A stretch of 32,764 bases of DNA from Elusimicrobiota bacterium (GTDB lineage Bacteria; Elusimicrobiota; Endomicrobiia; Endomicrobiales; JBDRNC01), in assembly GCA_043811535.1 (NCBI GenBank), contig JBDRNC010000031.1:1-32764 (forward strand), given 5' to 3'. The notes below the pieces were generated by a model. That model had not been told where the DNA came from and did not search any database. It saw only the letters and a program-made list of their open reading frames with translations. Shown here piece after piece: positions 18,150-27,348 of this stretch (within the stretch, counting starts at the first letter, position 1; every line of letters starts with the position of its first letter). The translations under genes and the position numbers were made by a program.

Positions 18150-19772
18150 ATGAGAAAAAACATAAAAATATTACTGGCGTTGGCGCTGTTCTTCGCAACA
18201 ACCTTCTCAGCCTGCCGCAAAGAAAACCATTCCATGCCGGCTTCGGATACCGGTTCGCCGGAATACGGCGACATGTATATTGCCTCATCCATCGGCGACG
18301 CGACCTACCTGAACCCTATCCTGGCTACGGACAGCGCGTCGGGAGATATCAACGGCCTGGTTTACAACGGCCTGGTCAAATATGATAAAGACATCAAGCT
18401 TGTCGGCGACCTTGCCGAAAGCTGGGAAATATCGGACAACGGCCTCATCATCACGTTCAAGCTCAGGAAAAACGTCAAGTGGCACGATGGCCGGCCTTTC
18501 ACGGCTGGCGACGTGAAATTCACGTATGAACGGCTGATAGACCCGAAGGTCCGCACGCCTTACGGCTCCGATTACCTCATTGTGAAAGAGCTGAAAATAC
18601 TTGACCCCTATACTCTCCGCGTGACATACAAGGAACCGTTCGCTCCGGCGCTTGAATCGTGGGGGATGGGCATCGTGCCCAAACACGTCTTCGAAAAAGG
18701 CGATTTTAACGAAAACCCCGCCAACAGGAATCCCGTGGGAACGGGCCCTTATAAATTCAAGGAGTGGAAGACAGACGAGAAAATAGTCCTTGAGGCAAAC
18801 CCGGATTATTTTGAAGGGAAACCCTACATCTCAAGATACGTCTACCGCATAATCCCCGACCAGTCCGTGGAGTTTTTGGAACTCCGCAATGAAAGCATAG
18901 ATGAAATGAGCCTGACTCCCGATCAATGGAGGGCCTATCCCGAATTTTTCAGGCATTACAATAAATTCAGATATCCCGCCTTTATGTACACCTATTTCGC
19001 TTTCAACCTGAAAAATCCTGTTTTCGCCGAAAAGAAATTCAGGCAGGCCGTGGCTCACGCGATAGACAAGCGGGACATAATCAACGGCGTACTGCTCGGA
19101 ATGGGAAAGGCCGCGACAGGCCCGTTCCCGCCGCAGTCATGGGCTTACGATCCCGGAGTAAGAGATTACGAATATAATCCTGAAAAGGCGAAAATCCTGC
19201 TTGCCGAACTCGGATGGAAAGACGAAGACGGCGACGGCTATCTCGAGCGGAACGGGAAAAAGCTGAGCTTTACCATCATGACCAACCAGGGCAATAAACT
19301 GCGCTCGCTGTCCGCCGAGATAATCCAGTCGCACCTGAAAAAAATAGGGATAAAAGCGGAAGTAAGGATTGTAGAATGGAGCACCTTCATACATAAATTC
19401 GTTGACCAGAAGAATTTTGACGCTATCATACTCGGATGGAATCTCTCGCGCGACCCCGACCAGTATTCCATCTGGAACTCCAAACAGACGGGGACGGGGC
19501 AGTATAATTTCGTCTCCTATAGTAATCCCGAGATAGACTCGCTTCTTGAAAAGGGAAGAAAAACGTTTGACCACGAAAAGCGCAAAACAATTTATCATAA
19601 AATGCACAGGATTCTTGCGCAAGACTTACCGTATATTTTCCTGTATTACCCGGAATCCATGCCGGTCGTGCATAAGCGTTTCATCGGGCCCGAGGTTGCT
19701 CCCGCCGGGCTTGGATGGAATTTTTTCAAGTGGTACGCGCCTAAAACGCAGCAAAAATACGGAGTAAACTAA
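18150..19772 (+). CDS. Peptide ABC transporter substrate-binding lipoprotein (family 5, AppA/OppA/DppA-like)
   Basis: Lipobox FSAC, LAESWE, KWHDG, PVGTGPYKF motifs. Confidence 0.93.
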   Translation: MRKNIKILLALALFFATTFSACRKENHSMPASDTGSPEYGDMYIASSIGDATYLNPILATDSASGDINGLVYNGLVKYDKDIKLVGDLAESWEISDNGLIITFKLRKNVKWHDGRPFTAGDVKFTYERLIDPKVRTPYGSDYLIVKELKILDPYTLRVTYKEPFAPALESWGMGIVPKHVFEKGDFNENPANRNPVGTGPYKFKEWKTDEKIVLEANPDYFEGKPYISRYVYRIIPDQSVEFLELRNESIDEMSLTPDQWRAYPEFFRHYNKFRYPAFMYTYFAFNLKNPVFAEKKFRQAVAHAIDKRDIINGVLLGMGKAATGPFPPQSWAYDPGVRDYEYNPEKAKILLAELGWKDEDGDGYLERNGKKLSFTIMTNQGNKLRSLSAEIIQSHLKKIGIKAEVRIVEWSTFIHKFVDQKNFDAIILGWNLSRDPDQYSIWNSKQTGTGQYNFVSYSNPEIDSLLEKGRKTFDHEKRKTIYHKMHRILAQDLPYIFLYYPESMPVVHKRFIGPEVAPAGLGWNFFKWYAPKTQQKYGVN

Positions 19773-19793
19773 ATTGCTGATAACTTATTAAGG

Positions 19794-19907
19794 CATGGTT
19801 AAACGGCTCAATGGCTAAATGGTTAAAAGAAAACAACATTGCTATATTGCCAAACAGTTAAATGGTCAAAGACTTTAAACAATTTAACCGTATAGCCATT
19901 TATCCAT
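19794..19907. repeat. Octamer inverted-repeat element (ATGGTTAA/TTAACCAT family)
   Basis: Degenerate 8-mer tandems. Related arrays at 20890-20960 and 21815-21882. Confidence 0.55.
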
Positions 19908-19914
19908 TATATTT

Positions 19915-20886
19915 ATGATAAATTACATTTTTCGCCGTCTTTTATTCATGGTTCCCATGATCATCGGCATAACGCTGGTGACGTTCGGCGTCATGCATCT
20001 GACTCCGGGGAAACCTACCGACACGATGACCGACATGAACGCCAAGGTCTCAGTACAGGCGAAACAAAAACTCATCGAACTTTACGGCCTGGACAAGCCG
20101 TGGCACATACAATACTGGAACTGGCTGAAACGCTTCTCAAAACTTGATTTCGGGAAATCTTTCAAGGATGGAAGGCCCGCGATAAAAAAAATCGGCGAGC
20201 GGCTCCCGGCAACGCTCCTTCTGAATATACTTTCACTCGGGCTTATTCTGCTGGTCGCCATACCGGTAGGGGTATTTTCCGCAGTAAGGCGCAACTCGGT
20301 CTTTGACCGGATAATGACTGTCCTGGTATTCATCGGCTTCTCGGTCCCGGCTTTCTGGGTCGCGCTGCTTTCAATGATATTGTTCGGCCTGAAACTCGGC
20401 TGGCTCCCCATATCCGGGCTGAGGTCGCTGAATTTTTCCGACCTTTCGCTTTTGGGGAAGGCCCTTGACATGTCATCGCACCTGGTTCTTCCGGTATTCA
20501 TATCGGCGTTCACGGGTCTGGCGGGCCTTTCCAGATATACCCGCTCGAGCATGCTGGACACGATACACCAGGATTACATACGCATGGCGTACGCGAAGGG
20601 TTTAAGCAGGAACAGGATCATCTTCCATCACGCGCTCAAGAACGCCCTTTTGCCGATAGTAACGATACTCGGGCTCTCGCTTCCGGGGCTTATCGGCGGC
20701 GGATTCATTTTTGAAACGATATTCGCATACCCGGGTATGGGGCGCCTGGGATATGAAGCGATAATGGCAAGGGATTTTCCGGTTATAATGGCGGTGGGGA
20801 CTATCGCAGCGTTCCTTACCCTGCTCGGAAACCTTATCGCGGATATAACTTACGCGCTGGTGGATCCGAGAATAAGATACAAATAA
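19915..20886 (+). CDS. Peptide ABC transporter permease (OppB/DppB-like)
   Basis: YGLDKP, DFGKS, EAA-like loop, [14 protein letters not shown]. Confidence 0.93.
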   Translation: MINYIFRRLLFMVPMIIGITLVTFGVMHLTPGKPTDTMTDMNAKVSVQAKQKLIELYGLDKPWHIQYWNWLKRFSKLDFGKSFKDGRPAIKKIGERLPATLLLNILSLGLILLVAIPVGVFSAVRRNSVFDRIMTVLVFIGFSVPAFWVALLSMILFGLKLGWLPISGLRSLNFSDLSLLGKALDMSSHLVLPVFISAFTGLAGLSRYTRSSMLDTIHQDYIRMAYAKGLSRNRIIFHHALKNALLPIVTILGLSLPGLIGGGFIFETIFAYPGMGRLGYEAIMARDFPVIMAVGTIAAFLTLLGNLIADITYALVDPRIRYK

Positions 20887-20966
20887 AGCAATTGCTAAAT
20901 GGCTAAATTGCTGATTGCTAACGTCTTTAAACCATTTAGCCATAAAACCATTTAACCATTTTTGTT

Positions 20967-21803
20967 ATGTTAAAAAGATACTTCTCACAATTATCGCAGA
21001 ATAAAATGGCTCTGGCGGGGCTGATAATAGTCGCCCTGCTTGCCGTGCTCGCGGCAGCCGCGCCGTTTTTCGCGCCGTACGATCCTGTGGGCCAGTATCT
21101 GTCGGATAGATTGTCCGGGCCTTCCGGCAAATACCTGCTCGGTACGGATGACCTCGGGCGCGATGTTTTTTCAAGGATGATACACGGCACGCGCGTGTCG
21201 CTCGCCGTGGGATTTATCGCCGTGGGGATCTCCGTCATTATCGGGACGCTGCTTGGCCTTTTAAGCGGTTATTTCGGAAAATGGGTGGACACGGTCATCA
21301 TGCGCGCCGTTGACATCATGCTCTGCTTCCCGACTTTTTTCCTGATACTGCTTGTGATTGCGTTCCTTGAGCCCAATATTTACAATGTGATGTTCGTGAT
21401 AGGATTGACTTCGTGGCCGGGACTGACGCGCCTTGTCAGGGCGCAAGTGTTGTCCTTGAAAGAAAGAGAGTATATCCAGGCCGCGAAACTTTTAGGATTG
21501 AGCCGGTGGAGAATATTTTTCGTGCATCTGCTGCCCAACGTCATATCCCCGATAATCGTCTCGGCGACGCTGGGCGTCGGCGACGCGATCCTTACCGAGT
21601 CCGGCCTGTCCTTTTTAGGCCTCGGCGTCCAACCGCCCATGCCTTCATGGGGGCAGATGCTCACGACAGGCAAGGATTACATATACATGGCATGGTGGTT
21701 GTCGGTATTCCCGGGCATCGCGATACTTGTCACGGTGCTCGCATTCAATCTGCTCGGAGAAGGATTGAGGGATGTGCTGGACCCGAGAATAGGGGAAAAA
21801 TGA
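20967..21803 (+). CDS. Peptide ABC transporter permease (OppC/DppC-like)
   Basis: LGTDDLGRD, HLLPN, LSFLGLG, GEGLRDVLDPR. Confidence 0.93.
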   Translation: MLKRYFSQLSQNKMALAGLIIVALLAVLAAAAPFFAPYDPVGQYLSDRLSGPSGKYLLGTDDLGRDVFSRMIHGTRVSLAVGFIAVGISVIIGTLLGLLSGYFGKWVDTVIMRAVDIMLCFPTFFLILLVIAFLEPNIYNVMFVIGLTSWPGLTRLVRAQVLSLKEREYIQAAKLLGLSRWRIFFVHLLPNVISPIIVSATLGVGDAILTESGLSFLGLGVQPPMPSWGQMLTTGKDYIYMAWWLSVFPGIAILVTVLAFNLLGEGLRDVLDPRIGEK

Positions 21804-21889
21804 AACAAAATTGTTGTATTGCTAAATTGCTGATTGCTAAAACAATCAACAATTAGCAATTCAGCCGTATAGCCATTTAGCTATTTATT

Positions 21890-22852
21890 ATGAACATATT
21901 AGAGATTACGAATCTTTCTGTGGAATACTACAGAAACCACCGCGTTATTCCCGCGGTGCGTAATGTTTCGCTGAGCGTTGAGCAGGGAGAGACTCTCGCC
22001 GTTGTCGGAGAATCCGGCTGCGGAAAAAGCTCGCTCGCCCTGGCCGTGATGAGGCTTATATTCCCCGAAGAAGGAAAGATCACGTCGGGAAGCGTCGTCT
22101 ATAACGGCAGGAACATACTTGAGATGGGCAATGACGAACTCCGCGGGCTGAGAGGCAAGGATATCTCCGTTGTTTTCCAGGATCCCGCGTCTTCGCTGAA
22201 TCCCGTATTGAGCGTGCGGGAACAGCTTATTGAAACCGTTGAAGCCCACGCGCCGGGCAGGAGCCGTGAGGAAAAAGAACAATTGCTCAAAGACGCGCTT
22301 GCCGAAGTCCTCCTGAGCGACCACTCGCGCATGCTGAACTCATATCCGCACCAGCTGTCCGGCGGGCAGAAACAAAGGATAGCGATAGCGGCGGCCATCA
22401 TCAACCGCCCCGGACTGCTGATAGCCGACGAGCCCACGACAGCCCTTGACGTCACGATACAAAAGGAAATCCTTGACCTGCTTGATAAACTGAAAAATGA
22501 GCTGTCTCTGACCGTTATACTTATTACGCACAACATACCTCTCGCTTATGAGCGATGCCGGAATATCGCGGTGATGTACGCCGGCGAAATCGTCGAATAC
22601 GGCGGCAGGGATGATGTTTTTAAAAATCCAAGGCACCCTTACACGGCGGCTCTTATCAAGTCGGTGCCGCGGCTTGAACGTTTCACGGGAAAGCATTTCC
22701 TTTTGCCGGGACAACCGCCGGACCCGTCATCTCTCCCGAAAGGATGCAAGTTCCACCCGAGATGCGAAAAGGCAATGGATATTTGCAGGACAAGCGAGCC
22801 GGGGGAATGTACGGTAAACAATACCAAGGTGAAGTGTTTTTTGTATAAATGA
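21890..22852 (+). CDS. Peptide ABC transporter ATPase (OppD/DppD-like)
   Basis: GESGCGKS, LSGGQKQR, ADEPTTALD, HPYT and Cys-rich C-terminal domain. Confidence 0.94.
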   Translation: MNILEITNLSVEYYRNHRVIPAVRNVSLSVEQGETLAVVGESGCGKSSLALAVMRLIFPEEGKITSGSVVYNGRNILEMGNDELRGLRGKDISVVFQDPASSLNPVLSVREQLIETVEAHAPGRSREEKEQLLKDALAEVLLSDHSRMLNSYPHQLSGGQKQRIAIAAAIINRPGLLIADEPTTALDVTIQKEILDLLDKLKNELSLTVILITHNIPLAYERCRNIAVMYAGEIVEYGGRDDVFKNPRHPYTAALIKSVPRLERFTGKHFLLPGQPPDPSSLPKGCKFHPRCEKAMDICRTSEPGECTVNNTKVKCFLYK

Positions 22853-22856
22853 GTAT

Positions 22857-22978
22857 ATTACAGATTACAAATTACACATTACAAATTAACGACTTTTAAG
22901 CTTTTAATCTGTAATATGTAGCCCCGCTTTGCGGGACTCCATTAAATATTTAATGTGAAGTCGTCTGTAATTTGTAAT
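22857..22978 (-). repeat. ~120-bp composite element, copy 2 (inverted)
   Basis: Reverse complement of 16687-16807 with few changes. Confidence 0.85.
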
Positions 22979-22994
22979 CGCAGGATCTAACATT

Positions 22995-23747
22995 ATGACT
23001 CTGCTAACTGTAAAAAATGTTGTTAAAACCTACGCGATAGAAAGCGGTTTTTTCCGCACGCAAACGGGCTCCGTTAAAGCTCTCGACAATATTTCAGTAT
23101 CACTGGAAACCGGGAAAGTTTTAGGAATCGTCGGAGAATCCGGAAGCGGGAAAACGACGCTCGGCAAGATAATCTGCCGCCTTATCCAACCCGACTCCGG
23201 CGCCATCGCATTTGAGGGCAAAGGAATCGAGACATTTACTTCCGCGGAACTGTCCGGGATTGTTCAGATGGTTTTCCAGGACCCTTTCGCGTCGTTGAAC
23301 CCGAAACTGAGCATCGGAACGATGCTCCGCGAAGCAGCGGGAAAAAACCGCGAAAGGGAAATAAACGCAACTTTGAGCTCTGTGGGACTTCCCAAAAACA
23401 TACTGTCTTCCTATCCTCACCAGTTCTCAGGAGGACAAAGGCAGAGGATAGCCCTTGCGCGCGCCCTGTTGAAACAACCGAAGATAATCGTGGCGGACGA
23501 GCCGCTTTCGTCCCTTGACCTTACCATACAGAACCAGCTGCTGGAGGTTTTCGCCGGGCTGAAAGAGACGCAGGATATCTCATTCGTCTTCATCAGCCAT
23601 GACCTTGCCGTCACGAGCAACCTTTCCGACTATCTTGTCGTGATGCAAAATGGTAAAATAGCGGAAGAAGGGGAAACGCGGCAGATAATAGAAAACCCAA
23701 AAGAAGAATACACGAAGCGGTTACTAGAGGCTGTCCCCAAAATGTAG
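22995..23747 (+). CDS. Peptide ABC transporter ATPase (OppF/DppF-like, short)
   Basis: GESGSGKT, FSGGQRQR, ADEP. Lacks the C-terminal Cys domain. Confidence 0.92.
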   Translation: MTLLTVKNVVKTYAIESGFFRTQTGSVKALDNISVSLETGKVLGIVGESGSGKTTLGKIICRLIQPDSGAIAFEGKGIETFTSAELSGIVQMVFQDPFASLNPKLSIGTMLREAAGKNREREINATLSSVGLPKNILSSYPHQFSGGQRQRIALARALLKQPKIIVADEPLSSLDLTIQNQLLEVFAGLKETQDISFVFISHDLAVTSNLSDYLVVMQNGKIAEEGETRQIIENPKEEYTKRLLEAVPKM

Positions 23748-23768
23748 TAAGTGCTCTGGGGGGAATTA

Positions 23769-23858
23769 TGTGTAATGTGGAATGTTTGATGTGTAATGAA
23801 TTTAAACACGCCGTTGTTGCGCAGTTTTCATTACACTTTACACACTAAACATTACACA
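23769..23858. repeat. Heptamer inverted-repeat element related to 1719-1848
   Basis: TGTGTAATG.. arms, shared ATGAAT(T)TAAACAC and GTTTTCATTACAC cores. Confidence 0.6.
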
Positions 23859-23884
23859 ATTTAAAGCAACACGCTATAAATAAT

Positions 23885-25303
23885 ATGATAAAAAAGATAT
23901 TAAAGGCATTATCGGAAATATCCAGTGGACATAAGGTCTACATTGTGGGCGGGTGGCTGCGGGATAAGCTGCTCAAAAAAGAGAACAGGGACCTTGACCT
24001 CGCGGTTTCCGGAGACGCGCGGAAATTCGCGAAAACATTAAGCGGAAAACTTAAAGGGCGGCTTGTCGTACTGGATGAGAAGAATAAGGTCTTCAGGATC
24101 ATCCTGAAACACAATACTGACCTTGACTATATAGACGTGTCCGCGATGAAAGGCCCTTCAATAGAAAAAGATCTCGGAAGAAGGGATTTTTCCGTAAATT
24201 CTATTGCCGCGGCAATAGAGAATCCGGCCGGAATGATAGACCCGCGCGGGGGCATTAAAGACATAAAAAAGAAAATCGTCCGCATGACGGACAAAAAATG
24301 CTTTTCCGATGACCCGCTGCGCATGCTCAGGGCATTCAGGATAGCGTCGGAACTGAAATTCAAGATAGAGCCCTCGACGCTTCGGCGGATAAGAAAAGAC
24401 GCCCCGCTCATACGCAAGAGCGCCGGCGAAAGGATCAGGGAAGAATTATGCAGGATTTTTGCCGATACCGGTTCTTCCGGCTGGATCGCACAGATTGACA
24501 AGTCAGGACTGCTTGAAAAATTACTGCCCGAAATATCGGTAATGAAACAATCCGCGAGGAGTTTTTACTTTCATCCGAACGGGCTCTGGCAGCATTCCAT
24601 CGAGACGCTCGCGAGCCTTGAAGAGATCTTCCGCAATTTGAGCGGACTTTTTCACGAAAACAGCGGCAGGATACGGGAATATCTGAACGAGCCCGTTTCT
24701 CGGGCGTCAACAAGAGGGACATTGCTGAAACTGGTGGCGCTGCTTCACGATATAGCAAAGCCGGCCTGCGCGAAAAGGGCCGGCAACCGCATGAGGTTTA
24801 TCGGCCACGACAAGAAAGGCGCCGAAATGATAGCGCGCGCGTTCGAGCGGCTTAAAATGAGCAGAAAAGAAACACGCGCCGCGCAGAATATAGTCAGCCA
24901 TCACATGAGGCCGATAAGCCTGGGGCAGGCGAACGTGCTGACATCCAGGGCTTCCGTAAGATTATTCAAGGCGACCGCCGATAACCTGCCCATGCTACTG
25001 CTGCTTTCTCTGGCGGACTGTTATTCCTATAGAAGGCTTAAAGTCAAGAAAGCAGTTGAATTGAAAAAGATGAGGCAGGTCGTCAGGGACCTTTTCTCCC
25101 GCTACTTCGCGGAGAAAGAAAGATCGTCCAGGCCGAGAATCATAGACGGCCATATGATCATGAAAAAATTCAAACTTAAGCCCGGGCCCGTCATAGGCAA
25201 ACTGCTGAACGCCGTTTCCGAAGCGCAGATGATGGGAAAAATAAGCACTTCCGAAGAAGCCCTGGCTCTCGCTCGCAAAACGTTGACACGTTATAAAAAA
25301 TGA
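23885..25303 (+). CDS. Class II tRNA nucleotidyltransferase with HD domain, likely CC-adding
   Basis: VGGWLRD..DLDL, KDLGRRDFSVN, DDPLRMLRAFR, ERIREE, LLHDIAK, PGP.IG. Short segment between motifs A and B. Confidence 0.85.
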   Translation: MIKKILKALSEISSGHKVYIVGGWLRDKLLKKENRDLDLAVSGDARKFAKTLSGKLKGRLVVLDEKNKVFRIILKHNTDLDYIDVSAMKGPSIEKDLGRRDFSVNSIAAAIENPAGMIDPRGGIKDIKKKIVRMTDKKCFSDDPLRMLRAFRIASELKFKIEPSTLRRIRKDAPLIRKSAGERIREELCRIFADTGSSGWIAQIDKSGLLEKLLPEISVMKQSARSFYFHPNGLWQHSIETLASLEEIFRNLSGLFHENSGRIREYLNEPVSRASTRGTLLKLVALLHDIAKPACAKRAGNRMRFIGHDKKGAEMIARAFERLKMSRKETRAAQNIVSHHMRPISLGQANVLTSRASVRLFKATADNLPMLLLLSLADCYSYRRLKVKKAVELKKMRQVVRDLFSRYFAEKERSSRPRIIDGHMIMKKFKLKPGPVIGKLLNAVSEAQMMGKISTSEEALALARKTLTRYKK

Positions 25304-25311
25304 GATAGAAT
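25283..25311 (+). promoter_or_regulatory. Sigma70 promoter upstream of tRNA-Gly
   Basis: TTGACA-17 bp-TAGAAT. Confidence 0.65.
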
Positions 25312-25419
25312 GACAACAGTATTTCGTATTTCGCATCTCGCAATTTGTCGTACGTGAAAGAAATTCTTTGATGTATTTTTACGAAATACGAGATACGAAC
25401 AACGAATAACTGCATTTAT

Positions 25420-25490
25420 GCGGGCGTAGTCTAGTGGTAAAACCCGTGCTTCCCAAGCACGAGATGTGGGTTCGATTCCCATCGCCCGCT
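25420..25490 (+). tRNA. tRNA-Gly(CCC), CCA not encoded
   Basis: GCGGGCG/CGCCCGC acceptor stem, U discriminator, CGTGC-TTCCCAA-GCACG anticodon arm, GGTTCGATTCC T arm. Confidence 0.96.
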
Positions 25491-25493
25491 TTT

Positions 25494-25724
25494 AACGACA
25501 GTTGACAGTTCACAGTTGACGGTTGACAGCATAAACGAAAGACATTTGACAAATTGGGAATCGAAGACGACCCGAACGCTGCCGAACAGGCAGATAAAGT
25601 GAGGGCGGCCGGCAAAGAGTTGCCGCGCGACGAATAAGGAGCGCAAGTTTGGCAACGGGCGCGAGCCGGTGAGCGCCCAAGGAGCGCCAGGGACGGGGGA
25701 GAAGGATTCCCATCGCCCGCTTTT
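25494..25724 (+). mobile_element. Non-coding mini-element bounded by a 20-bp duplication of the tRNA-Gly 3' end
   Basis: GATTCCCATCGCCCGCTTTT at 25474-25493 and 25705-25724. No integrase present. Confidence 0.55.
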
Positions 25725-25831
25725 GAACCTTGAAAAGGTTCAAAAGCAATTGGTCCTGAACACAAGCGAAGCGCAGTGTTCATGGACGCTCCACCTTAAG
25801 TGTTTTGTCTTTGAAAAACCGGGAATTTATT

Positions 25832-26932
25832 ATGAGACTATCCGATATCCTTAAGAAACACAACCAGCAGGCAAAGCCCGCTCAGCCCGGGACGAAGCAG
25901 GAACCCGTAAAAAATGAGCAGGTAGTGACGGTAAAAACTGCCAAACTCCAAGTTCCGCCTTCCCTGATCTCCAAGATACCCATCCTGGCGCCGGAAGAAA
26001 CCTATAAAAAATCGGTCAATGAGATCAAATCCATCATCGAGCATATCGACAGGGGGGATGAATTCCCTAACAAGATCGAGTCCGTGCAGGAACTTATTGA
26101 ACTTGTCGAAGACCGCAATGAAGATATCTCGATCCTCGCGGACAAAGCGACCCCTGACCTTTACCTCTACTCTCATTCCGTCAACGTCTGTATTTTCACG
26201 CTGATATTAGGCAAACAGATGGGGCTGTCCGGCGATAATCTCAAAGAACTGGGCTACTCTTCTTTCCTGCATGACATAGGCATGATCAAGCACATGAACA
26301 CCGTGCAGAAGAAAGGCAGGCTGACGGCGGCAGAATTCAATCTCGTGAAAAAGCATCCTATGAACGGACATGAATTGGTGCGGATGCTCGCGAACATCTC
26401 TCCGGAAATCAAGGATATTGCGGCTACTGTTATATCTCATATCCACGAACGGGTGAACGGCGCGGGATATCCGACCGGTCTTAAAGGAAAAGACATCCAC
26501 GTGCTCGCGCGGATGACAGCGATCGGCGACGTGTACGAAGCTCTTACGCATCCGAGGCCTTACAGGGATCGCTATATCCCGCACGAAGCGCTGAAATTGA
26601 TGATCACTTCCGCCGATACCGATTTTGACGCGGACCTGCTTAAAGCGTTCATTGAAACAATTTCGCTGTATCCGCCGGGAAGCTACGTAAGATTGAATTC
26701 GGATGATATCGCAAGGGTCATCAAGCTGAATCAGGGGCTTCCGACAAGGCCGGTTGTCCGCGTTATCGCGAATGCCAAAGGACAAAAAGTCACCGAGACC
26801 AAGATCATTGATCTGTCGGCCATATCGGTCCTGTTCATCAAAGAAGCGATTGACGAAACAAAACTTGAATCTATAGACAAAAGACTCGCTTTGGAACTCA
26901 AAGCAGTCCGCTGGTGGGTAAAAGGACTATAG
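25832..26932 (+). CDS. HD-GYP domain protein (putative cyclic di-GMP phosphodiesterase)
   Basis: HSVNV, LHDIG, KHP, HIHERVNGAGYP, RPYR motifs. Confidence 0.9.
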   Translation: MRLSDILKKHNQQAKPAQPGTKQEPVKNEQVVTVKTAKLQVPPSLISKIPILAPEETYKKSVNEIKSIIEHIDRGDEFPNKIESVQELIELVEDRNEDISILADKATPDLYLYSHSVNVCIFTLILGKQMGLSGDNLKELGYSSFLHDIGMIKHMNTVQKKGRLTAAEFNLVKKHPMNGHELVRMLANISPEIKDIAATVISHIHERVNGAGYPTGLKGKDIHVLARMTAIGDVYEALTHPRPYRDRYIPHEALKLMITSADTDFDADLLKAFIETISLYPPGSYVRLNSDDIARVIKLNQGLPTRPVVRVIANAKGQKVTETKIIDLSAISVLFIKEAIDETKLESIDKRLALELKAVRWWVKGL

Positions 26933-26954
26933 TCCCTAAAGGCGGTGAAAAAGA

Positions 26955-27128
26955 ATGAAAATGATTTCTTTGGCATCCATTGGTCTCGGAGTTATCAGCG
27001 CGCTGATCGGCCTTATTTCCAGGATGCAGGTGCATCCCCTGCTCGGTCTTGAATCAAAACCTTGGGCGGGAGTAGCGGTTCTCTTCCTGCTTCTTGCCAT
27101 AGCGCTGAACACAACTAAGAAGGATTGA
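26955..27128 (+). CDS. 57-aa two-TM small membrane protein (not in ORF track)
   Basis: AAGGCGGTG RBS. Translation MKMISLASIGLGVISALIGLISRMQVHPLLGLESKPWAGVAVLFLLLAIALNTTKKD. Confidence 0.7.
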   Translation: MKMISLASIGLGVISALIGLISRMQVHPLLGLESKPWAGVAVLFLLLAIALNTTKKD

Positions 27129-27319
27129 AGCTCCGCCCGATTTATCGGGCGTATGAATTGTAGTCGGCACTTCAGTGCCGACTACCTTCTTTAAGCTGAA
27201 ATCCGCCGCAATACCGCTGGCGGAATGCAGGTGGATTGAAGCTCCGCCCGATTTATCGGGCGTATGAATTGTAGTCGGCACTTCAGTGCCGACTACTTTC
27301 AATAAACTGAAATCCGCCG
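27122..27319 (+). repeat. Tandem 111-bp REP-like units
   Basis: 64 identical bp at 27122-27185 and 27233-27296, with hairpins CGCCCGATTTATCGGGCG and GTAGTCGGCACTTCAGTGCCGACTAC. Confidence 0.85.
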
Positions 27320-27348
27320 AAGTCCCGTTGCGTGGGACGATCGTATTT

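Noticed and set aside
25291..25854. Several short ORFs around tRNA-Gly
   Set aside because: They overlap the tRNA and repeat element and show no integrase or other recognisable motifs.
27122..27320. CRISPR array or repeat-containing minus-strand ORF 27054-27434
   Set aside because: Only two long units, no unique-spacer series and no cas genes. The peptide repeat just reflects the REP tandem.
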